DNA of 63,315 nucleotides, counting the filler, from Psammoneis japonica (taxonomy: Eukaryota), in assembly GCA_008632985.1 (NCBI GenBank). It is 6 parts of 6 records of this genome, joined end to end, with 100 filler letters (N's around TTAATTAATTAA, not from the genome) between each part and the next. Parts side by side here need not be neighbours in the genome. Positions count along the whole stretch, not along the records: positions 1 to 23,413 come from QPGO01000394.1; 5 more parts are not named here. One strand, 5' to 3'. Under the pieces are notes generated by a model. The model saw nothing but the letters and a program-made list of their open reading frames with translations. It ran no database searches and was not told where the DNA came from. Numbering within the stretch: the stretch's first letter is position 1; each line of letters begins with the position of its first letter. A program made the translations under genes and the position numbers. This document shows positions 1-12,774 of the stretch, piece after piece.

Positions 1-1020
1 TGCTCCTTTTCTTCCGTCGCACGATCTCTTGGAGCAGGCAAGAAAGAATTTTGCGATTCTTTTTCTGTTTGGTATAAACCTGAAGATTTGGTAAAGCTGG
101 ACGATGAAACTCACTCAGAAGATGGCGAGGAACGTAGAATACTAGATGGAAAGTCCAGAACAAGGCGCGAATTCGTGCTCCATTTCGACTGCAATGTTGT
201 ACGCGCACGAAAGGAGTGGGAGACCTCTGTACCATCCAGTGAGCTGCCGGAAACGTCTTGCAAATATGCGACGTGTCTTAGGGGTCACCTGCTTCATTCA
301 AGATGTTTTCAAATGGCGTTAATGAACGGTGGTCGCTGCCCTGAGATGGGATGCAATGAACGGCTGTGGGTGCCAAAGGTTCAGCGTGTGAGAAACGATT
401 GCGTTGACGAAATGGACTGTGGGATTGACCATCAAGCAACTGTGGAGACCCAAGTGGTGCAGGCATCTTCGCAGCTAAGACAAGTAGCAGATGCTGTGGC
501 GCTGAGAGTGCGAGAAGTGGGAAGCATTGGTAACGTAGAGGCAGCACTAGCCACATCAGGGGATCTGAGAATGTGCCCCGCGTGCTTTGCAGGACCCCTG
601 TGTAATTCTGACTGCTCCAATATGACACGCCATCATGGTGAATGCACAGCGGCCTTGTTTCAAGGAGGCATCGGGCAATGTACCCCCAATGGCATCTTTC
701 AATCCTCCCAAGCTGAGATTGCAGCCTCGGTGACGCAACTCTCTGACGCAAAATCTGTACCGGAACTTTTACCACGGTGTCCCACGCATGATGCGATTGT
801 GATGTTTAACGGCTGCATGGCCTGCGGCTATCTGTTTGCAAATATGGACTGGTATGAACTACCTCCATGGGACCCACTGGCAAAGGATCGATTGAAGCTT
901 GACAAGTCGAAAATGCTGGCCACGAGATTGCTGGCACAGCAAGTTCGACAAGAAGCGACACTTTTGGAGTTTGAACGCGATGCTCTAGGGCTATTGGAGC
1001 TGGAGAAGCTCGAGGAATAG
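1..1020 (+). CDS. Cys/His-rich RING/RBR-like zinc-finger protein, 5'-partial (putative E3 ligase)
   Basis: Frame is open from base 1 to TAG at 1020. Motifs: CLRGHLLHSRC..GRCPEMGC (RING-like) and MCPACFAGPLCNSDCSNMTRHHGEC..NGCMACG (RING2/IBR-like). Tyr and TpA content are normal. Confidence 0.6.
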   Translation, partial: CSFSSVARSLGAGKKEFCDSFSVWYKPEDLVKLDDETHSEDGEERRILDGKSRTRREFVLHFDCNVVRARKEWETSVPSSELPETSCKYATCLRGHLLHSRCFQMALMNGGRCPEMGCNERLWVPKVQRVRNDCVDEMDCGIDHQATVETQVVQASSQLRQVADAVALRVREVGSIGNVEAALATSGDLRMCPACFAGPLCNSDCSNMTRHHGECTAALFQGGIGQCTPNGIFQSSQAEIAASVTQLSDAKSVPELLPRCPTHDAIVMFNGCMACGYLFANMDWYELPPWDPLAKDRLKLDKSKMLATRLLAQQVRQEATLLEFERDALGLLELEKLEE

Positions 1021-1074
1021 GGAAAATGACAGAGACCTGAGCTAAATGGCACGACGTCTTATTCGGTTCCTCCC

Positions 1075-1420
1075 TGGCATAAACTCTTGTTGATTGCATA
1101 GCCCAGGAGACCGGTAGAAGTAAAATGAATGCTCTTTGTCATTCTTACTCTTGTCTATTCCCCTCTACTAACTTGTGGATGCAACACTACAATTCCGATT
1201 TGTTTCGCGGACGTGGCCGGGATTACCACAATTCCCGGCCCAGAAACCAACACCGTGTCATTTCCAAAGGCGGTGCATCTGCCTTTTTTGTCCACGTCTT
1301 AAAAGCTTCGAAACCGCGTTTCCTAATCTTCTTCTTCTTCTGTACTATCCACAGGATGTCGGACTCATAAGTTCTATATAGCTGGCTTACCCCGCTTGGT
1401 TTTATCGAAGTTAATACAGT
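1075..1420. repeat. Diverged copy of the 6285-6580 segment
   Basis: Shared co-linear blocks: ctcttgttga, ggtagaa.taaaatgaa, ccctctac, atgcaaca.tacaattc, aaaccaacacc, gcatctgcc, gaaaccgcgt, actatccaca. Confidence 0.55.
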
Positions 1421-1797
1421 CATGATTCTGGAGAAGAAGCAAGCAACCTTGTGCTGTAAAAATGAAATTGTGAGCGCGCCAAAATCTATTATTGCGTAAT
1501 GACGCACGCACGATTCAAACTTATTTAATGTATTCAAAGTTGAATATGATGATTCTTTTGCCTACTTAAAATGAATAATGGAGTTATGAATACGTTTAAA
1601 AAAAAGCCGTTTGCATTTTGCAGAAGACGCACGTAGTTCCCAATACAAATTCTACGTAAGTACTTGAGACATGCCTTCCAACCGCCAAGGATTGCAGCGC
1701 AAAAGCTGACTGAATCTCGCCCACAGCCACAACCCACAACGACAACAGCTCCGTCATTTTCAAACCAGAGAGCAAGTGAGAAGTTAGGATTACTACC

Positions 1798-3752
1798 ATG
1801 GTCGAACAGCAATTGGACTCTTCGTATCCACGTAAGTTGCTCGAGAATATTGCGGCGGACGTCCTAGGCGTGGGAGGGAAGAAGGATCGCGCTGGCCTCA
1901 ACGGCAAGCAGTTGGGTGAATTCTGCGTGGACGAACTCACGGTATTCCGAAACAAGTTCGGTCAGTCTCTGATATTGAGCTACGCTTTTACTTTCACGGG
2001 CGAGAATGGTGATGAGTGTGTGTTGGCAGCGGGAGGAAAGCAAAACGAGAAGAGCAAAGCCAGGGTCTTTGTCGCGAAGGAGATAAAGAAAGACATGTTG
2101 GTTGCCGTCAAGAATGACCCTACAGCATGGGTTCCTGCCGACGACAACGGTTATCTCAAAGCGTTAGAAAGCAGCAGCTACCAAGGAACGTTCGCCTCGT
2201 ATGTTTCATCCCACGTTGCCAATTGCTCAGCTCAAGAAGCTGGAGAGTGGTTTGAAAAGGGTAAATATACGGAGGAAGTGAAAGAACTGGTCGACATCAT
2301 CCGGCGCAGGGAGGAGGAAGTAAGTATACGCGCATATGAATTTGTTCAAATGACATGATACTGTATGTTTCTATGCTTTTCTAACTTGTTGTTTTATCTA
2401 ACGCCTTGTTTTCTTTCCTTGCAACTTGTTCCTCATCTGTAGCGTCGTCCCGCGGCAACTGCTACACAGCAGACAGACGTACCGGCACTGGTACAAGAAC
2501 CTCGTGTACTTCCTGGTACCGACGATGAACAGTTGCCGGTGAGTACATATTGTTATATTGTACTTTAGTATGCACGCCTGTGATACTTTTTGGCGTTCTA
2601 TCCACTTGTGTGATGACTTATTCATTTTGTATTCCGTTTCTCAATTGAACTCTCCGCAGATTGTATCATCTTCCGAGTCGACGGAGGCACAACGCATTGG
2701 TGCTCCTTCCGTAGTGACGGGCGCCGCTTCAAATCAAACTGAGTTACTTGCGTCCTTGCTGGCTGGTGCTGGCCAAGGAACGGGGGTCAACATTACCATT
2801 AATCAAGGCTGTCACTACGAAAACACCTACAACGGCACCGCCGCTCCATCCAGTACTGACGGTCGCAACGCCGCTCCATCCAGCCCTTCTGACGGTGGTG
2901 ATCGCATTGACCGAATCCTGGCGAAACAGGACCAAATCTTGGCGGAACAAGGAACGCCAGGGCCGGGTCTTGGAGGAACTGCGTCGCCAAGGCGAACGAA
3001 TCTTGGCGGGCCAGGACCGCATCTTGGTGGAACAGGAACGCCAAGGCGTGCAGCAAAGCTAGGTGCACAAACAGACGGCTACCAAGAAGACGCCTGCCAT
3101 TGGAAGTCGCTACAACCATCACTCAAACAATCCCGAAGATACTTCGCGGCACCAAAATGACACACCCTCTCCATAGTAAGTTTCCGAGATTTCTTTTTTG
3201 TTGTTTTGCGACTACTGTCATTAATTGTTGTGACTCGCTTGTTTCTCGTGTGTTGCTGGTAGGCGCAAGGAGGAGCCCTCGGTGCCCCATCTGAGCAGCG
3301 TCCGCGAAGACCCGGGCCTTCGGACGAAGCTGGAATACGACGAGAACAAAGTCCCGGAACCGACTAACACAAACGTCAAGCGTGATTGTCAGGGCCGTCC
3401 AAAATCCGACCTTCTTGAATGCGGTGAATCGTATTGTAATTCGCAAATCCACCGTCTCTGCGCCCATGAACAAGAGCTTTGCGGAGCTAATGAGAATGTC
3501 GTGTATTGCTGCATTGAGCACCTTCTCTTCTGCGAGGACGAAGACGCACCGCCAACGCAGGATAAGACTGCCCTTTCTTATTGTTCAATCAATTGTCGGG
3601 GCCGTCCAAAATCCGACCTTCTTGAATGCGGTGAATCGTGTTGTAATAGGCAAATCCACCGTCTCTGCGCCGATAAACAAAAGTTGTGCGGAGCTAATAA
3701 GAATGTCGTGTATTGCTGCATGGAGCACCTTCTCTTCTGCGAAGACAAATAG
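1798..3752 (+). pseudogene. Multi-exon gene of unknown function with C-terminal tandem Cys/His fingers; frameshifted in exon 3
   Basis: accATGg at 1798. Phase-0 introns 2320-2442 (GTAAGT..CTAAC..TAG) and 2539-2659 (GTGAGT..CAG) join in frame. Probable intron ~3176-3261. An extra A near 2949 breaks an ILAxQDxILxEQERQG repeat. Confidence 0.55.
3387..3752 (+). repeat. 207-bp-period duplication encoding a PHD-like Cys/His module twice
   Basis: CxGRPKSDLLECGESxCNxQIHRLCAxxQxLCGANxNVVYCCxEHLLFCED begins at 3387 and again at 3594. Confidence 0.85.
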
Positions 3753-4017
3753 GAACTAACAAGTAGTGCAATGTTGATAACTAACAATAGCAATAGTGCA
3801 ATGACAGTAACTTGTTGTTGTAGTTGTAGCTACCGGTATAGATGATTAGTAGATATATGCGACGATCGAAGAGATACCGGTACGAGTTGTAGATTAGAGA
3901 TTAGAATATCAGTAAATGTGGACCGAAGCACCCCTCTAGCTAGTTGTAGATTTTAGTGCTTTACTACATCAACGTTGACCGAAGCGGTGCTAGTTGTAGA
4001 TTAGTTTGCTGTCGATT

Positions 4018-5357
4018 CTAAATGTCGCATTTCTGTCGACCGGCCTTTTCAATCGTATTGCCAACAGTCGTGTCGTCCTCTTGAGAATCAGTCATGCATT
4101 GAAATTCCAAGGGTATTTTGTGTCTCGTTGGGACTGCACAGTATGAGTCATCCACAACTTCTTTTACAACATCAAACAGGAGTGTGTCGCCCTCCTTTAT
4201 CAACAAGCCTTTGGCTGAACCATCACGGCTCGTCGAGTAGAAGCCTCCAGGTGCATCTTCTCCCTGAAATACAACGTCGTCCACAGCACTCTTAGCCTCG
4301 TCGTTCTCTTCCTCAAGACAGAGCTCAATAGGTGTTGTAAGACACAAAGTCCCCACTGCCGGGTTGCTGCTGTAAGTGGAGCCTGGGGAGGAGGACACCT
4401 TTTGACGACCCCGTGACACCCTCTGCTACCTGTGTGTGAATCAACACACTTCCCTTTGGTAAGAACTTGACAAGCCTCGCACTCACTTTTTCATTTTGCC
4501 CACTACCCTCAGTTACGACAAGGAACTCCATTTCCTGGTCCTCCTCGAGCACAAAATCTTCTCCGTTTTCGTCGTCGTCGGGCAATTTGACATTGGAATA
4601 ATGAAAGTACACTTCCTCTCTATGACGGTTGCTCCTCAAAAATCCAAAATCCTTTTTCAGTGCTTGACAATTCCCTGTTCACTCGTTGCATTGGCAAGTA
4701 ATTCTTGTTCCTTGATCAGTCGCTGTCGCTCCCTTTTTGATTGGATCAACGTGATGGACTTTGCCATTTTCTGCTTTGTACGACGCTCTGTCACGATAAT
4801 AAACTCCACCGAATCACCCCGACCAAGTCTGCCACTATCGGAACGACGAAAGCTCCGACTTTCCCCGCCTTCGCTTTCAGTGGGAATGTATTCGTGACTC
4901 AGAAATCGAACCGCAGGGCCCTTTTGCTGAAGAGCGCTTTCTCCTTCCTCGCCATCATTCACGTTTTCATATACTTCTACGACTCAAATAGTTCCCTCTA
5001 AGCCTTGATCCGATGCTCGAGAGATCATTGGTGGTCGCATTACAGTTCCACGGTATCGCTTCCAGGGTTCTTGTTCTGTTTCCCACACAACCGTTCCAGG
5101 TTACAAGCGACGCACCTGAAAAGCGGCCATTTTCGAAGGATCTCGTTTCGATGGCCGAACACGAAACTCGATCTCATCATCAATGTTTAGAGATTCCCGT
5201 TGATCTGCCAATTGAGGATAGTGAAAGAACAATTCCTCCGGGCGATCTGCACAATAAATGAATCAAAAGGGTTCCTTCAGCGAGGCAACCAAGTCACAGA
5301 AACCGAGCTAGCATTATCGGTGGAGGGAGTGGCATTGGGCGTGCCATTGCCGTTCAT
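4018..5357 (-). pseudogene. CSDE1: Multi cold-shock-domain protein (CSDE1/UNR-like), frameshifted and truncated
   Basis: CSD motifs spread across frames: FIYCADRPEELFFHY, DDEIEFRV, GDSVEFIIVTERRT, EQGIV, RSNRHREEVYFHYS, VKFLPKGSV. Internal stops and frameshifts. Confidence 0.7.
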
Positions 5358-6284
5358 CTTTTCAAGGGGTGAATGAACGGACGTGTCCGTAGAGAGCGAA
5401 GTTGACAAGCTGTTCTCTGCGACCGAGACAAAATAAGGTCGCGTGGACTGGCGTGTTTTAGCACGCTTAGTACGTCATTAATGAAAAATCGACGGACTAC
5501 GGCGTGCCCTTCTTCAATGTTGTTTTCCTACATATCGCGTCGGAGCGTCCTGTTGGATTTCTCTTCGAAATTTGATACCGGGCTCACTCGTTGTTGTATC
5601 TACAGAGGCAACGTGTCTAGCTCGACTGTCGACGTCAAAATTGTGAAGCTATTCGGTGGCTTCTCCCAAGTTGGCCATTTCCGTAGATATATGGAGTCGT
5701 CCATTCCCAGTGGTCGGCGCTTATCGACAGCAAGCCATCGCCCTATTCATCAACGAGAATGACAACATTTCATTGAAACCAAGTTTTCGACCGGAATTGT
5801 CTTCCTCTGTGGGCGCGGACGAGTCAAACCTACGACTCTACTGTTTTTCACGGAAACGCAGCTCATCCTGAGAAGAGCGACCACTTACTTTCAATTCTGC
5901 ATGAAAAGTCTCTCTTACAATCTCAGTGTGACCACATCCACAAGGTCTTTGTGCATCTACTTTACTGCAGAATGGGGTCCCAGCTCGTCGTCTCGTCCAA
6001 GATTTACCATAGTTTTGATGGATTCCACGTAGCCGCAGAGAGCTCTACACGACGATGCCGTGTTTTGTTGTCCACAGGAGACTTGATCGACTTTCGCCTA
6101 TTCAAGTTCATCACGGATTGAATCTTCCCGCTTGGGTCTACGTCGTTCCGCTTCCTGCTCGAGAACTCTCATTGCTCTCCTGCGAAAAATCGATGGCTTT
6201 TGTACGTCGTGGTCTCGTTTTTGTATGGTCCTGAGCTAAATTGCACGAAGTCTCATTCAGTTCCTCCATGAGTCGCAGTCCTGG

Positions 6285-6580
6285 CAAAAGCTCTTGTTGA
6301 CTGCATTGTCCAAGGGATCGGTAGAAATAAAATGAACACCCTCCCTCTACCAACTGTCGGATGCAACATTACAATTCTGATTCATTTCACAGACGCAGCC
6401 GGGCTTGCTGCAAGTCGCGGTCCAAAAACCAACACCATGTGATTTTCCAAGGCGGCATCTGCCACCTTGGTTTTGGGACCATACCTTAAGCTTTGAAACC
6501 GCGTCTTCTCATCCGCTTCTTTTGAACTATCCACATACGAGACCGGCACAGAGTCCGGTTTGTCGAAGTGCATGAGCTTG
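6285..6580. repeat. Diverged copy of the 1075-1420 segment
   Basis: Same co-linear blocks as 1075-1420, same orientation. Confidence 0.55.
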
Positions 6581-6634
6581 CCGACATGTCGATAGAGCTT
6601 GGCTTGTTCTATCATTACTCTCATTTTTTAAAGA

Positions 6635-7730
6635 AACTCAAATGCACATTGACAAAGGACCTGGCAAAGTGATCGGCAACGTCAGAAAACGCCTTGGTTG
6701 CATCGTCTAGAAAGGCATTGAAAATGTCATCAATAAACTCAACATCCGAGTATCCTCTCGGTACAACGTCAGCTTTTTAAAAACAACGTTGCTCATATTA
6801 AGGTTCAATCGAGTCTTGTAAAAACGTAAAGTATCCTCGGAAGGCTTTCCAAGAGTGTCGTCATGGGCGCAGAGATTGCAATTGTTTTGTTGTCGACGTC
6901 CTTCAACGCTCCGACAACTATAGTCCAAAAGGATCCACGATGCATCGTCTAGAAAGGCATTGAAAAATCCAAGTATCCTCTCGGTACAACGTCAGCGTTT
7001 AAAAAAAAACGTTGCGCATAAAAGTTTCAATCGAGTCTTGTAAAAAGATCAGAGTATCTTCGGAAGGCTTACCCAAGACTGTCGTCACGAGCGCAGAGAT
7101 TGCAATGGCTATACGATATCCACGTCCTTCAACGCTCCGACAAGTTAAGTCCAAAAGGATCCATGACGATCCGGCGGAGCTCTCATACAAAGGTGTGCAA
7201 CTTGAGCTAACTCCACCGAGAGAGTATCCGGCGAGAATATCACTCTCTAGTAATGGGAATTCCATCCCGTTTGAATCGATTTGGGTCTTGCTGTATTTTC
7301 CATTGGCGTAATTGACGAAACTCAAATGCAAATTGACGAAGGACCTGGCAAACTGATCGGCAACGTCAGACGACGCCTTGGTTGCATCGTCAGGAAGGCA
7401 TTCAAAAAGTCATCAATAAACTCAACATCCGAGTATCCTCTTGGTACAACGTCAGCTTTTTAAAAACAACGTTGCTCATATTAAGGTTCAATCGAGTCTT
7501 GTAAAAAACGTAAAGTATCCTCGGAAGGCTTTCCAAGAGTGTCGTCATGGGCGCAGAGATTGCAATGGTTTTGTTGTCGACGTCCTTCAACGCTCCGACA
7601 ACTATAGTCCAAAAGGATCCACGATGCCACCAAGAGAGTATCCGGTGACAATCACTCTAGTAATGGGAGTTTCATCCCTTTTGAATCGATTCGACGTCTT
7701 GCTGTATTTTCCATTGACGTACTTGACGAT
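6635..7730. repeat. Tandem partial duplication/triplication of the lipase 3' region
   Basis: The tgcatcgtc..aaaaggatcca block occurs at ~6700, ~6941 and ~7384. aaactcaaatgca starts at ~6635 and ~7318. The GYSLGG block occurs at ~7215 and ~7630. Confidence 0.85.
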
Positions 7731-8420
7731 ATCCGTGGCGTGCTTTTTGAGATAGACATGCCTGCTCATTTCATAATATGCTTTCTGCACATCCCTGCAA
7801 CTTGTTCCATGGCGACACGGAATCAGCATTGACATCGACAATGATATCTTTGATTGTCACTGTCGCTCGGCACACCATAACGAGTGCCGAGCCTGTAATT
7901 ATTCCAACAAATGTGGGAGCATTCAAAGACAGTCGTTCCGATACCAAATCCCGTCCAAACGCGACTCCATTCTGAAAGAAGCGTAACGTCAAGTCTGGAA
8001 ACATGTCTCGGATGTTGGGCAATTCTAAAACCTTTTCAAAGCCTCGCCGCGATGCAGCTTCATAAAAACACCTCTAGCGACCGTGGCACATAGGTGCAGC
8101 ATGTCTTCTTCCACACCAATCATATCTTTGGATGGAAGATGCTTGATTCCCTCAATATCGATTTGAGTAGAAGCGTCTAAAATTTCATCGGCGGTAGCAG
8201 CGCACTCTTCGGCTTCCGATTCTTGCCACGCTTCAATCATGCGAGCGTGTCCTGATAGCGTTTCTCGAGTAAATGGTTCTTGCTTCTTGCTCATTTCCAC
8301 TGCTATTGTAAGTGCTCTTCCTCTTCTCGTATCCATATCATATCCTGCACGTGACATTGTGCTCCCCACTCCCCATCTTGCGCCTTCCGCAACATGTGTG
8401 CAAGCTGTAGACCCCATGGT
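7320..8420 (-). pseudogene. Class 3 lipase-like alpha/beta hydrolase, frameshifted
   Basis: LVMVCRATVTIKDIIVDVNA (resembles RGT..D..D), VQKAYY and VIVTGYSLGG (nucleophile elbow), in different frames. Confidence 0.6.
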
Positions 8421-11400
8421 ATGAAGGTGAGAAGAACCCTAGCATCCACCACACCATCAGCCGGTTGGGCTTCCGGATCGTTTCCTACTAAAACACCCGT
8501 AATTTGCAGCTGCTAGCGACGGTAATTTGTCGGGGAAGTTTCCGGAACGTTTTGAAAACATGCATGGCCCAACCTCTCCTCGTCTTCTTCGTTACTCGCC
8601 ATGGTGTGGAGAGAGTCATTCAGTGTTCAGATGAACTTCCACCTCTTTTCATTGGTTGCTTGGCGTTGCGTTCGCTCTCCACTCACTTGCATGACATGAC
8701 GGTCCATGCAGATTCATTCATGGCCGCCATTGCCGTGCTCTATCGCTTGGCACAACCCACGACAGTGTCAGAAGCGTACACAGTAGCGGCTGGTATGTCT
8801 CTACGTATACGCAAATTTATTACGACCAAATCCTGTAAAATAATTTCCGTTGTGACGCTGACGTGACGTTGCACTCTTCTCCCTCCGACCAAGATGGGGA
8901 ACGTCTTCGGAAGTGAGACTGTCGAAGAAAGTTACGTAGAATTTGTACTAAAACAGTCTGTCAATCAGTGCGATTGGGTTTTGGGATCTCTGGACAGATC
9001 CTACGTGTTTTCTTGTGCGTACAAAATGCACTGGGAAAACCCCCAAACGCACTGGCGATCAGACCGCCTTCGACGATCTCACGCACTTCCAAAGACGCCC
9101 CCCAAAGAAAATTTAGCATGCTGTACAAAACACGAGCCTTTTTCCACAAACCAAAAAATCACCATGGCCACCACCTCGGAACGAAATGCCGTCGCAGCGG
9201 CGGAGTTGTCGGCCCCTGCTTGCCCCCTTCCAGAGAACGTTTCTAAAACACTCTCAAGTGTCTCCTGGCAAAAAGGGGCAAGCAGAGCCCAAGGCTTTGG
9301 AGAGGACATGTGGCTCCAAAGTGGGCTCGCATTTTTTCTGTTGCGGTGGCAACCAACGAACATGAGCAATGTTTCCAAGGTCCAACATGGAAGGCTTTGC
9401 ATGACATGACATTTCTTGGTTAGAATTTGTGACCAAGATGTTGGAAAGAGTGGCATCGCAGTCAGTTCGGGGTTTTTTCTTCTGCCGGCAGAGGTCCTCA
9501 AACAAGAACGAAGTTTGAGCAATGCACCTCCAGCTTCGCAATGATGTGCTTCGTAGATTGGATCCTTCGCACAGTCTGGGATTCACCTGATGCACAAAAG
9601 GACAATGCAAACTGGCAGCATCACAGGCCGCCAATCACAAACAGCGACATTTGGCTCCAAAAAGCAGGTTGGTTCTAGCACACTCGGAACCTGCACTCTG
9701 TTTTCCAACGTTTTCATGTCATTGCTGCAATGGTGAGAATGCAGCTGCAGCCTCAACAATGAGTGCAATGCTCAAGTTGCATGTGTTTGTGCTTCATTGA
9801 GACTTTTGCAGCTGGGAACCAAACAGTGCCGCCTCCAGGAGCAGCTTTCCACAGCAAACTGCAACGAATCGATGCCCCCAATCTTTGCAAATGCAGCTTT
9901 GTCTCAAATGCCTGTCCAAGAGATCCCACTTGGACTGAAGAGTTTGCAAACGCCAACAGCTGACTTGGAGTCAGTTTGCACTGGACAACTGTGCCGAGAT
10001 TGACGTGCACTCACACACTTGCCAGTTGCACCAGCTGTCAGCTTTTAAGAATCAGCAGACCAAAATCTTTGCAACACAGATTTGGTCTCAACTTTCCATC
10101 CAAGAGTTCCCACTGTGGTCTGAAGAGTTAATTCATGTCAATGGACAACTGAGGAACTTGTTTGAATTGGACGTTTGTGCTGAGAATGAAGCTTCACACT
10201 CGAAACAATTGCAGTGTCGTAAACGCACAACCAAAAACCTGCTTCCGTGTTGACCACTGTCCCAAAGAATGGTTGCTGACAGGAGATTGAAACAACAAGA
10301 CATGTGAGCATTGTTGACATTGCAAAAGAGATGGGCCCATCTTAGTTTGTGGTTGAACTCACCTTGAGAGCACTCTTCTGCTCCATCCGCCCCACAAAAA
10401 GATGTGCTCTTGAGCCTTGAGCATCGCGCCCATGTTCTGGCACTGGAGAAAACACCTTGAGGACAAGACGCTGTGAAATGCAAAGGCAGTGAGGGTCATC
10501 TGCGTGTGTTTGAAAGAGAGCGACACCTCCCGTCAGGATCAAATTTACCTCCAGTGCACCCCAACTCCACTGACATTGAAGCACTCCACAACAAGAGTGT
10601 GTGCTGCGACCATGTTTTCTGAAAAGCAAAAATTGCACTGGCTTGCACAGAATTTCAAAGCAAAAGCCCAACCCAATGTCAATGCTGCATGACAAGACTC
10701 GAAAATGGGGGTGTGTTTGCATCCACAGACCAGGCACTGTTGCATTTGTTGCCATTCATCATGGTGATGGTGCATCATGCTGTTGTTGCGTCTTCACCCA
10801 AATTCCAAAATTCTGCTGGGTTATGATGCATGTGCAGCAGAAATCTGCATCAATTTTCTGGCATGTCGAGTTTTGCACCAGAGCTGCGGAGGACCATGAA
10901 CCAACAACGAAACAGATGTGACACAGGAATGGCTTCTGAGCTGACACGCGCCACATCTTCCAATTTCATTCCTGCGCAAGGCGCGCACGATGCAGTCTGG
11001 CCAAGCTCCCATGCATGAACACAATCAAACAACAGGACAGATGGGCCATGTTCAATCAGCGTTGGATTGGTTGCCGGCCGGCCTCCCACTTCCAGTGCAT
11101 TCCTGCAGCCTCTGCGGAGACTTCGAATTGTTGCACGCCAAATTTTACGGGGCGGAGCTTTTCAAAATTTTGATTTTTTCTGAACACCGCAAAGCACACG
11201 ATGATGCTCGACAATCAGCATCAATGCTCACAATGGGAGGGATGCCAACATCGAGTTTGACATTTTATTTGATCCACGTCACACAGTGATGTCTGACACA
11301 CAGGTTGCTTCCAACACAAAAAGGAATGCCAAGAAGACTGAAGATGGCAAGGTCACTTGTCAGCGCATGTTCTGGGCAGAGATTGACAAAGTGGAGGCAG

Positions 11401-12774
11401 AATTGAGTGATTGCTCAATGGCCAAAGACTGCAACGGTTCTGAAAAGAATGCCCCTTGTTTGCACAAGCACCAACCCACCAGTGCACCGTGGATCTGGGG
11501 AAGACAACTTGTTGCCACATTTGTTGGTGTGGACAATGATGAGTTCAAACAATGGGGCCATTTGCATGATGAGGAATTGTGAACAAGTGCAGTTGCAAAA
11601 TGCACACAGCAGGAGAACAAAACAAAATTCTTTTCCTTTCGTTGCTTGCAGATTGTTCTCTTGAGATCACAGCGGCAGGAACTCTGTGGCTCTGACAGCG
11701 ACACTTTGAGTGCAAAAGCAGGTTGAAGGAGTTCACCCGTGCTTGTGGCACCACCTCTTGGAGCTCTCTAGAGAGAGTGCACTGTGGCCAGCAGTGATTG
11801 GAGTCATGAGTGTGGAGAGACGACACTCGACAGGCTCAACCTCGGCACAACCATCTCGCACAATCCTCTTGATGGACCGGCTGCACTCTCATGGTTCGGC
11901 TGGTCAAGTGGTTTGCCTCGCGGGGAGGGACCTGGAGAGGCATCTTGCAGTCACGTGAAAGGCACATGTCAACCAAGCATCATGTGCCCTTCCGGGCCTT
12001 TGAGAAGGAGTCTTTTTTTGGAATTTTGAAAAAATGGGACCTCGTTGGTGGGCAAAAGGAGCAAACGTAGAGTGATTTTTCAAACCGGTTGGATGGGTCT
12101 GATTTTCATGGACCAAGTGTAACACATGAAGATGGACAAGGGAACGATGGTTGCAGGGTTCTGTCTGCGTTGCAATGCATGGAACACCGATGGTGAAGTT
12201 GAGACCAAATTTGAGAAAAAGAGCTCCAGACATGCCACACGATTGCACAAAAGCACAAATGTCTCCAAAATGGTTCTGCAGATTTTTTGTCATTCACTCA
12301 TGTCATGCAGCTGAGCAAAAGAGGTGTTTTGGAAACGAGAAAAGTGGGGGGATTCTGACTCGTTTTTGAGACAGACAGAAGGCATTGAAGTTGTTAAAAA
12401 AACAGCACAAATGACATCACATGTGACATTGACAAATTGCCTTTGTTTCGACATGGCCAATTGCAATTTGTTGTTGCAACAAAAGAAAGAGCATTTCATT
12501 TGTTCTTTTCCTTTGATGAAAAGTTGCAAATCTCAGGAAGAGTTTTCTGATTGGCCAAAACACTCAAATGCAATGACCACTGACAAAACATCACACAAAG
12601 CCCAAAAAAATCACTTGAGCCCCCAAAAACTGGCACAGCACCCATCTGCCTGCGCATGTGTTGTGATCGCAATCAACACAGTCCCTGCCCCACTGCATTT
12701 GCACCAGACGTGTTCCAGCCGCACGTGAACCAAATCGTGCACAAAAACGACATTTGCGCGATTTTTGCGCGGCC

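Noticed and set aside
8894..8960. SOUL heme-binding-like N-terminus (MGNVFGSETVEE)
   Set aside because: Only ~20 residues of resemblance and no downstream domain.
9750..10900. MULE transposase remnant (CKCSF..W..HSHTC)
   Set aside because: Cys/His are inflated by the mutation bias, and no DDE core or TIR pair was found.
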